Position numbers and translations under genes: made by a program. Shown in pieces: positions 18,369 to 25,587 of a stretch of DNA of 38,548 nt. Each line of letters opens with the position of its first letter. The first letter of the stretch is position 1. The notes beneath the pieces were generated by a model that was not told the origin of the DNA, made no database searches, and worked only from the letters and a program-made list of their open reading frames with translations. Origin of the DNA: Nanohaloarchaea archaeon B1-Br10_U2g1 (GTDB taxonomy: Archaea > Nanohalarchaeota > Nanosalinia > Nanosalinales > Nanosalinaceae); contig LKMN01000006.1 in NCBI GenBank assembly GCA_001563875.1, positions 1 to 38,548 of the forward strand, read 5' to 3'.

Positions 18369-18572
18369 ATGAAGCCTATTCATGTAGTGGTCATGATTGT
18401 TCTGGCTTTAATTGTAGTATCTGCTTTATCCGCAGTTATGATAGGTGTTGAGTCTCCTCTTACATCAATTTTATCTAACTCTTCTGAGACCCAGACAGGT
18501 GTATCTCAGTGTCTAGACCAAAATCCTGACTACTCGTACCAAGACTGTCTCAGAGAGGTTGAAAACTCATGA
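18369..18572 (+). CDS. Small pilin-like protein lacking K/R-G leader
   Basis: GGAGGT SD, N-terminal hydrophobic helix, Cys pair near the C-terminus. Confidence 0.8.
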   Translation: MKPIHVVVMIVLALIVVSALSAVMIGVESPLTSILSNSSETQTGVSQCLDQNPDYSYQDCLREVENS

Positions 18573-19021
18573 AAAAAGGTATAGCCGTCACTTCCAGCGT
18601 ATTCATACTTGTTACAGGAATAACCGCTATATTCGGGTTTGGGTTCGCCGTAGGTGTTATAGATAACTTTCTAGGTATGGAGTCTGATCTCCAGCAAAGC
18701 GAACAGCTTCATAACCTTCATGATAGTTTAGAAAATGCCTGCAGTAACGCTGAGGAGTTCGGAACCTTTTCAGATACTACTGAGGAGTACGAGTTTCCAT
18801 ATCTTGTCTCTCTAGGCGAAGAGAGCAATAGGTTTAGAGCGGAATTTGAAGAAGATGGTGAAACAGAGATTTGGGGCCCTGAACCGGTTGAAGGAGAGCT
18901 TGTGGAGTGCGACCTAGATATACAAGAGTTAACTGAAGAAGGAGCCTACAGATTTGAAATAGAGTCAAGTAACGGTGAAAATCCTACAGTTCAGGTTGAG
19001 CCGGTTGATGGAGATGCGTAA
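18569..19021 (+). CDS. Minor pilin-like protein
   Basis: MKKG/IAVTSSVFILVTGITAIFGFGF, ATGA overlap, two Cys. Confidence 0.85.
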   Translation: MKKGIAVTSSVFILVTGITAIFGFGFAVGVIDNFLGMESDLQQSEQLHNLHDSLENACSNAEEFGTFSDTTEEYEFPYLVSLGEESNRFRAEFEEDGETEIWGPEPVEGELVECDLDIQELTEEGAYRFEIESSNGENPTVQVEPVDGDA

Positions 19022-19400
19022 GGGAGTAGTAGACGCAGGCGTAATAATACTGGTAGGCTTCGTTATATCGGCTATACTTCTTGCTGTACCCAACCAGTTG
19101 ATAACCTCTTCAGGAGAGTTCATAACTGAAGACGTGGCCGAACACCATCTAGAGCAGATAGGAAACAGCGTAATGGTTGTAGAGGATGAGGAAGAACAGT
19201 ATATTGAGGTCGATCTACCAGAATATGAAATAATTGTTGTGGAGAATAGTGTGGGGTTGAGGAGAGGACAGATAGAGGTTTCAAAAGAAATAGATTACAA
19301 TATACAGGGCCCTGATAGTTATGAGAGAATAGACGACGTTCTATGCGTTAAGCATAAGGGAAGTTACACGGATATAAAGGTTGAGAGGTGTTCAGACTGA
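19014..19400 (+). CDS. Minor pilin-like protein
   Basis: ATG 19014 gives MRKG/VVDAGVIILVGFVISAILL (preferred over the track start 18975); C-terminal Cys pair. Confidence 0.85.
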   Translation: MRKGVVDAGVIILVGFVISAILLAVPNQLITSSGEFITEDVAEHHLEQIGNSVMVVEDEEEQYIEVDLPEYEIIVVENSVGLRRGQIEVSKEIDYNIQGPDSYERIDDVLCVKHKGSYTDIKVERCSD

Positions 19401-19876
19401 CAGAGTTTTATGAGAAGATCGAGTACATAGTTGTAGCATTTACTTTAGCGATCGCACTTTATCTGATTATAGCAGGATCTGTCACAGTTTTTCTAGAGTC
19501 TAGCGAGACCGCGACAGAAACCATTTCGGAGAGGTCGCACAACCATCTAGTTCTTGAAGATCTTCTCAATGCTGAGAAAGATACTCCAAGAGCGGTGTTT
19601 ACATCTGATTTTATACTTGATGAGGATAATATTGACTTTAGAGAGGTCAACGGAGAAGAGCACTGTTATATCGAACAAGTATCCGGTCTTGATGGAGAAC
19701 GGTCTGGCTTCGGCTTTATTGAGCAGGGAGTACCTTCTGGAGAGATATCCGGATCCGAAATCTTCGATAGATGTGCTCGTACTGAGCTTTCAGGTACTGA
19801 TCCTTCATCAAGAGTTCTTCTAAAAGATGGTGAAACAAGTTATCTTCCGGGGGTGGTAGTATATGAGATATCGTAA
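19388..19876 (+). CDS. Single-TM pilin-like/accessory protein lacking K/R-G leader
   Basis: 162 aa, N-terminal hydrophobic helix, overlaps both neighbours, two Cys. Confidence 0.75.
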   Translation: MFRLTEFYEKIEYIVVAFTLAIALYLIIAGSVTVFLESSETATETISERSHNHLVLEDLLNAEKDTPRAVFTSDFILDEDNIDFREVNGEEHCYIEQVSGLDGERSGFGFIEQGVPSGEISGSEIFDRCARTELSGTDPSSRVLLKDGETSYLPGVVVYEIS

Positions 19877-20387
19877 AGGTAAAACTGATATAATAGGATA
19901 CCTGTTCCTTTGGGGTATCACAATTACGTTTACAGTGGTGATAACGCTTTCTCTGCTAGCTGCTGACGGTATTGGCATGGCCGATCTGGGTGCTGAAGTC
20001 GAGTTAGAGTCTGAAAGCCAGAACCACCACTCTATGATGGGCACTTTAATCTACGGCGAACTAGCCCGTACGGAAGGTTTAGAGGATTACGGCGATAAGA
20101 CGTTCGAAGAAGTATTATCTCTGTATCTGTCTTCTGATGAAGACCTTTCAGTGAACGGTCAGAGAATCGATAAGGGAGAGGTCAGAGAAGATCTTGAAAC
20201 ATATTTTGACAACAGAAGAAGCTCCACATTCGCATCTCAGGTCATGGGCTACCGCCTCGATATTCTAGCTGAGAACGATCCGGAGTCTTTCGGTGATGTA
20301 GATTCTGAAGAGACACAGATCGCCACTCATCAACTGAAACTTGAAAACGGTACAGCAACATTAATACTGGTGCAGGGTGGAAGATAA
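19863..20387 (+). CDS. Minor pilin-like protein
   Basis: MRYRKG/KTDIIGYLFLWGITITFTVVITLSLL. Confidence 0.8.
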   Translation: MRYRKGKTDIIGYLFLWGITITFTVVITLSLLAADGIGMADLGAEVELESESQNHHSMMGTLIYGELARTEGLEDYGDKTFEEVLSLYLSSDEDLSVNGQRIDKGEVREDLETYFDNRRSSTFASQVMGYRLDILAENDPESFGDVDSEETQIATHQLKLENGTATLILVQGGR

Positions 20388-21415
20388 TCGGAGGTAAAAG
20401 AGGGCTAGCAACAGTAACTATAGGAATAATACTGCTTTTCACAAGTATAGCAACGCCTGCAATAATGATGGCGTACTCCCAAGAACTTGGAGGAACCTCA
20501 GAGTATATTGCGGATGATGTAAACAGGATAGCGGATACAGAAACAGCTAAATCAAATCATATAGACTCGACAAAACCTTTGGAGCTTAAATATGTTAAAA
20601 ATAACAAGTCGGTAAAACTTTCAGAAGAGGGCGGAAACGCTGAATGGGACAACAGAGGACTACCTGACCTGATAACTGAGAATTATGCGGGAGAAACCGT
20701 AGAGAATCTAAAAAACAGCTCTGAAGAACTCCTAGAAGACGAAGGAGTGTCCACAGATGTAAGGACCTGCAGATCAGATTCTAGGAACATGAGCATAGAC
20801 CTCAGCAATACGCCTCATCTTTCCGGAGAGATGGTTACAGAAAACGTTACGACAAACTGCCGGTTCAACTCTGGAGACGTAGAACTTGTTGAAACAGATA
20901 TTGTAACAGAGTTTGAAACGCACAACCGTTATCCGGAGTTGGCTTACTCCTCAAGAGAGTTATTTGAGGATTTTGCTTCAAATCTAGCGAATAAGGAGTT
21001 CGAAGATATAGGTGAAGGCTCTAACTGTGGGTCGAGGACTGCTGCAGAGAATGAAGCCGAAGATGATGCCGAGGATAAAGGCGATGAACGAGTTAGAGAG
21101 GCTTGGGACAGCGCAGTCGACTCTTGGAACAGCGCTAACAGTGTTGTGGTTAAGGAAGAGGAGATTCTTCAAAAGGTTAGCGATCCTGATTCAACCGCAA
21201 GCAGAGAGAGATGGTGTAACTGTGACTGTGACGAGGACGAGTCTAGAGGCAGTTCCTGCTGCGATCCTTATTATGAAGACGATTCTGCCGATTACAATCC
21301 TCAGAGAACGGACACTCTACTAGAGATGAGGGATGACGATGAGAAGATCTTTTACGACGGAAGGGCTAAAGACCTGAGTTTTCTGGTCGATGAGTACAGT
21401 CATTACTTCGACTGA
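20384..21415 (+). CDS. Large minor pilin-like protein with Cys cluster; probable non-canonical ATA start
   Basis: The frame of track ORF 20465 extends upstream as (I)IGGKRG/LATVTIGIILLFTSIATPAIMM. There is no in-frame ATG/GTG/TTG back to the stop at 20342. Confidence 0.75.
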   Translation: MIGGKRGLATVTIGIILLFTSIATPAIMMAYSQELGGTSEYIADDVNRIADTETAKSNHIDSTKPLELKYVKNNKSVKLSEEGGNAEWDNRGLPDLITENYAGETVENLKNSSEELLEDEGVSTDVRTCRSDSRNMSIDLSNTPHLSGEMVTENVTTNCRFNSGDVELVETDIVTEFETHNRYPELAYSSRELFEDFASNLANKEFEDIGEGSNCGSRTAAENEAEDDAEDKGDERVREAWDSAVDSWNSANSVVVKEEEILQKVSDPDSTASRERWCNCDCDEDESRGSSCCDPYYEDDSADYNPQRTDTLLEMRDDDEKIFYDGRAKDLSFLVDEYSHYFD

Positions 21416-21508
21416 TATCTACGCCTAACTTGGTTATAGAGCCTGAGAGCGTATCAAAGGTAATGTTAAAAGTCTTCAGTTCTTTTCTTAGAACAGGTGA
21501 ACAACACA

Positions 21509-21790
21509 GTGGCAGAACAAGAAGACGATAACACAGTATACGTAGGTTCAAAACCTGCAATGAGCTATGTATTAGCTGTAGTAACGCAGTTTAGTGAAGG
21601 ACAGGAGACAGTACACATTAAAGCTAGAGGAAAAGCAATTAGCCGTGCAGTTGACGTAGCTGAAATGGTTCAAAGAAAGTTTGTAGAAGATTCTGAAGTC
21701 GAAGATATAACGATCGACACGGACCAGATAGAGACTGATGAAGGAGAAGAGTTAGACGTCTCAAGCATCCAAATCGATATGGCTAAGTAG
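21509..21790 (+). CDS. albA: DNA/RNA-binding chromatin protein Alba
   Basis: VYVGSKPAMSYVLAV, IKARGKAISRAVDVAE, VSSIQI; GTG 21509 behind AGGTGA SD. Confidence 0.95.
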   Translation: MAEQEDDNTVYVGSKPAMSYVLAVVTQFSEGQETVHIKARGKAISRAVDVAEMVQRKFVEDSEVEDITIDTDQIETDEGEELDVSSIQIDMAK

Positions 21791-21800
21791 AACCTTAACG

Positions 21801-21820
21801 GTTCTTCTTCCACTATTTTT
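21801..21820 (+). terminator. Pyrimidine/T-tract terminator candidate after alba
   Basis: GTTCTTCTTCCACTATTTTT immediately downstream of the stop. Confidence 0.35.
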
Positions 21821-21860
21821 CTACACCATATTTTTATACAGAGGTAAACAAGAGAATCTT

Positions 21861-22169
21861 GTGAAAAGAAAAGGGGTATCACAAGTACTTTCATTGATAG
21901 TTGCTGCAGCAGTACTGATGATGGCTGCACTTACACTGATAATACTGGTAACCGGAGGCCTAGGAGACTTCGGAGCAGACCTATTTGGAGGAACATGCTC
22001 AGGAGCAATAGAGTCATCATGTCAGGCTCAAGGCGGAGGAACCGTTTCGATACCGTCCTCTTGTTTGACCGGAGGAGAACTAACAGAAGAGGCCAATCAG
22101 TTTGATATGACCAGCAATTACAATATAGATCTTGATGATGGAGAAGTAGCTTGCGCGCCACAAGAGTAA
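21861..22169 (+). CDS. Pilin (major-pilin candidate)
   Basis: MKRKG/VSQVLSLIVAAAVLMMAALTLII, four Cys, TTTATA at 21833-21838. Confidence 0.9.
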   Translation: MKRKGVSQVLSLIVAAAVLMMAALTLIILVTGGLGDFGADLFGGTCSGAIESSCQAQGGGTVSIPSSCLTGGELTEEANQFDMTSNYNIDLDDGEVACAPQE

Positions 22170-22187
22170 GGAGATCAGGTTTCAAAA

Positions 22188-22481
22188 ATGGACAAAACTG
22201 TAGAGATACTTGTTGTAGTTGTTGTAGCGTTGATAGCGGCAACAATTGTAATATTTCTCTTAACAGATCAGACTGATGGGTTCGCAGAGTTTGTAGGAGA
22301 TTCAACGGAAGACTCTGAATGCAGGATAGCTGAAGCACAGTTCGGACAATCTCTCACATGTGACGGAACTGATTTTGAGACAGGAGAATATCAGGAGATA
22401 TACGAAGAACACGATCACTGTGACTGGGCTCAGGACTTCCAAGGAGCTGTTGAAGCAAGAGACAGCTACTGCGGCGAATAA
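22188..22481 (+). CDS. Pilin-like protein lacking K/R-G leader
   Basis: MDKTVEILVVVVVALIAATIVIFLL, four Cys, CxWA motif shared with 22534..22779. Confidence 0.8.
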   Translation: MDKTVEILVVVVVALIAATIVIFLLTDQTDGFAEFVGDSTEDSECRIAEAQFGQSLTCDGTDFETGEYQEIYEEHDHCDWAQDFQGAVEARDSYCGE

Positions 22482-22533
22482 GATCTCAGCTCTAGAGAAT
22501 TTATATGTAGGCAGTCCAATTAACTAAATTACA

Positions 22534-22779
22534 ATGCCAACAAAAGGGATGTCAGCAACACTTGCTGTCGTGGTGGCCGCTGCAGTAATACTTGTAACCG
22601 CGGCAGGCGTGATAATGATGTTCCAGACAAGTGCAGGAGAGCTTGGAGAATGGATCGATACAGAAACAGGTGAGGCCGACTGTTATGGCCTTCAGACGCA
22701 GTACCAAGGCGGAAACGATGAGGCCTTAGCAGAGGCTGAGTCCGAAGGCTGCCAATGGGCCGACGAAGTAGACGACTAG
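22534..22779 (+). CDS. Pilin
   Basis: MPTKG/MSATLAVVVAAAVILVTAAGVIMM, Cys pair, TTTATA at 22500-22505. Confidence 0.88.
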   Translation: MPTKGMSATLAVVVAAAVILVTAAGVIMMFQTSAGELGEWIDTETGEADCYGLQTQYQGGNDEALAEAESEGCQWADEVDD

Positions 22780-22822
22780 CTAAAATCATTTTATATGGGT
22801 ATTTAACCATTAATAGAATACA

Positions 22823-23047
22823 ATGGTCTATTCAAGACTGATGAAACTGATTCTACAGAGATGCGTTCTGGTTCTTGAGACAAGGAAAGGTGTCTCTCAG
22901 ACCCTGGCTATACTAGTGGCTGCGGCTGTACTGCTTATGACGGCAACTACTATGATAGTGGTTATACAGGGAGGTTTCGGAGATCTAGGTGACTGGCTGA
23001 ACCCTGTATTTGATGATCCTGAAGCCCAAACCGGTTTAGACGATTAA
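22823..23047 (+). CDS. Pilin with long leader and very short C-domain
   Basis: ...ETRKG/VSQTLAILVAAAVLLMTATTMIVV; TTTATA at 22790-22795. Confidence 0.85.
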   Translation: MVYSRLMKLILQRCVLVLETRKGVSQTLAILVAAAVLLMTATTMIVVIQGGFGDLGDWLNPVFDDPEAQTGLDD

Positions 23048-24496
23048 TCACTCTTCCATCAGGTTTCTCTCTACAATTTCTCTGATATCCGCTAACTTGT
23101 CTACGTCCTGTTCTTCAACATTTATCGATATTAAAGGAACCTTGTTTAGAGTGTGAGATGTGTTAGGTTGCTGATTTTCTCCCATGTTCTCACAGTTTCC
23201 ATGGTCTGCGGTGATAAACGCTCCATACCCTGTTTCCTCCAGTTTGTCGATTATCCTGCCTACATTCCTGTCTACTGTCTCAACCGCTTTAATGGCTGCA
23301 TCCAGATCTCCTGTATGCCCTACAAGGTCGCAGTTTGCATAGTTTAGAAGTATAAAGTCATGTTCCTGTTCTTCCATAGACTCAAGAACTATGTCGGTTA
23401 TTTCTTTGGCGTGCATCTCCGGTTTCTCGTTGAAAGCCTTTATCTTATCAGACTCAATAAATCTTCTTGTTTCATTTTCAAACTCGAGTTCTCTTTGACC
23501 GTTGAAGAAGTAGGTTACATGAGGTCTTTTCTGTGACTCCGCTACTCTCAACTGTTTCAGTCCGGCCTCCTCTATCTTTTCACCTAAAGTATTTTCCACA
23601 ACTTGTTTTTCGAATATAACAGGGTTTTCAAAGTCTCTCCTGTAAGGAAACATCGATACGAAGTTTGGTCTTACCGGGTTTTCAAACTCTCCAAAATCAT
23701 TTTTCAGAAATGCTTCAGCTATCTGTCTCTCACGGTCCGCCCTGAAGTTGTAGAAGATCAGCTCGTCCTCACTCTTCATTCCTTCAAAGTCTTCACTGGC
23801 TGAAGGCACAGTAAAGTAGTCGTAGTCTCCATCGCTGTATGTCTTTTCAAGGGCTTCCCGCGGATCACTGAAACTGAAACCCTCTGCGTTTACCATTGCG
23901 TCATATGCCTTCCGAGTCCTTTCCCAGTTCTTATCCCTGTCCATAGAATAGAAACGGCCGGTAACCGTTGCAATCTCTCCTCCATATTCAGAGGTCCAGC
24001 CCTCTATCATAGAGATGTATCTCTCTCCTGATTTAGGTGAGACGTCTCTTCCATCGGTAAAGCAGTGGATAAAGACATCTACATCATAATCTGAACAGAT
24101 CTCGAGCAGCCTTTTTAGATGGTTTATATGGCCGTGTATACCGCCGTCGCTTATAATTCCGGCTAGATGTATGTTAGTACCGTTTCTCTCAGCTGTTTCC
24201 AGAGAATTTTTCAGAGCTTTTTTCTTTTTCAGACTGTTTCCGTCTACCGCTTTATCGATTCTTGTAAGTCGCTGAGGTATAGTTCGGCCGGCGCCTAGAT
24301 GCAGATGTCCTACCTCTGAGTTGCCTGTAAACCCTTCGGGAAGTCCTACAGCAGGTCCGGATGCCTCTAGTTTCTGGTAACTGTGTTCATCCATCAGTCT
24401 ATCGAGATTAGGTGTGCATGCTTGTTTGAAACTGTTTCCTTCCTCGGCATCTCTCAAACCAACGCCGTCCATCACGATAAGTAGTACCGGCCTCAT
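23048..24496 (-). CDS. gpmI: 2,3-bisphosphoglycerate-independent phosphoglycerate mutase
   Basis: MDGVG, GNSEVGH (phospho-Ser), TDGRDV, GRFYSMDRD, NFRADR, DLVGH, TADHGN. Confidence 0.95.
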   Translation of the reverse strand: MRPVLLIVMDGVGLRDAEEGNSFKQACTPNLDRLMDEHSYQKLEASGPAVGLPEGFTGNSEVGHLHLGAGRTIPQRLTRIDKAVDGNSLKKKKALKNSLETAERNGTNIHLAGIISDGGIHGHINHLKRLLEICSDYDVDVFIHCFTDGRDVSPKSGERYISMIEGWTSEYGGEIATVTGRFYSMDRDKNWERTRKAYDAMVNAEGFSFSDPREALEKTYSDGDYDYFTVPSASEDFEGMKSEDELIFYNFRADRERQIAEAFLKNDFGEFENPVRPNFVSMFPYRRDFENPVIFEKQVVENTLGEKIEEAGLKQLRVAESQKRPHVTYFFNGQRELEFENETRRFIESDKIKAFNEKPEMHAKEITDIVLESMEEQEHDFILLNYANCDLVGHTGDLDAAIKAVETVDRNVGRIIDKLEETGYGAFITADHGNCENMGENQQPNTSHTLNKVPLISINVEEQDVDKLADIREIVERNLMEE

Positions 24497-24551
24497 AACA
24501 CCGGTTATACTGGACGAAGTTTATTAACTAATCTTCTCTATCTTTTAAACA

Positions 24552-25538
24552 ATGTCCATGTCTTTAAGAGAGAAGGTCCGGAAAGCGGCTGAAGAACTGA
24601 ACACGGTTCTAGACACTGAAGAAGTGAAAGTAGCCGCTGAAACAGTTGATGAGGCAGACGCAGAAAAAGTCAAACAGGTTGTTAACAATCTTCAACAGAG
24701 AGAGGATGCTTCAACTGAGGATGAAGTAAAGGACCAGAGTAGCGAGCTTTCCACTACACACCAACAGCTTTTAGATGAGCTCGAAAAAGTTGAGGAAGAG
24801 ACACAGGAAGGTGAAGAGGCTTTAAAAAACGAGTTAAAGGCTCTTGAAGACAATGTTGAACAAGACTCTGATAACGGATACAAAACCAATACTCGGACAG
24901 AAAAAACTGAGAAACATAGTTTGGAGACTGAAGGCCACGCAAGAACAGTCAAAGAAAGAATAGATAGGCTACAAGACAGAATTAATAGTCTGGAACATAA
25001 GACTGTGTCAGAAAACTCTGAAGAGCTAGGCAGAATCTCGGAGCTAGAAAAACGCATAGAGAGACTTGAACTAGAGAAAAATAATGGTTTAGAAGAAAGA
25101 ATAGATTCTCTAGAAAATAAAATAGAGTCCATAAAATCGTCTGAACCGCTTGAAAACAGTATACAAGAGGTCCGTCAAGAGCTTAAAGCAGAGTCGAAAT
25201 CTTCACAGGAACTAACAGAAAAAGTTGAAGAACTGGACAGCAAGATAGAAAGACTTTGGGAAGCAATGGATGAAGAAACGGAGAAGCTGGAGAAAAGTAT
25301 TTCTGGATCAATGGACGAAGATAAAGTTCGGAAGCTAGTAAAAGAAGAGACTAAATCAATTGAGGACAAGATTAAAGATGACAGCTCCGAAGATGTTGAC
25401 AAGCTTTGGGAGGCCATGGATGAGCAGATAGCCTCTCTGGAAACACGTATTCACAGGAATGAAGAGGATATGGAAGAGGCTCTGATGAAGGTAGTTGATC
25501 TATCCGATCTGGTTAAACAGCATTTAAAAGACCACTAG
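24552..25538 (+). CDS. Acidic coiled-coil protein with duplicated LWEAMDE motif
   Basis: 328-aa heptad-rich ORF, no TM, no Walker motifs. Confidence 0.85.
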   Translation: MSMSLREKVRKAAEELNTVLDTEEVKVAAETVDEADAEKVKQVVNNLQQREDASTEDEVKDQSSELSTTHQQLLDELEKVEEETQEGEEALKNELKALEDNVEQDSDNGYKTNTRTEKTEKHSLETEGHARTVKERIDRLQDRINSLEHKTVSENSEELGRISELEKRIERLELEKNNGLEERIDSLENKIESIKSSEPLENSIQEVRQELKAESKSSQELTEKVEELDSKIERLWEAMDEETEKLEKSISGSMDEDKVRKLVKEETKSIEDKIKDDSSEDVDKLWEAMDEQIASLETRIHRNEEDMEEALMKVVDLSDLVKQHLKDH

Positions 25539-25587
25539 AGTTTTAACTTTTTGATTACTTCTAAGTATTAAAGAAGAGGTTCAACTA

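Noticed and set aside
23048-24496. Bacterial-type gpmI as a recent horizontal transfer
   Set aside because: This type is also used by halophilic archaea, and its composition matches the surrounding genes.
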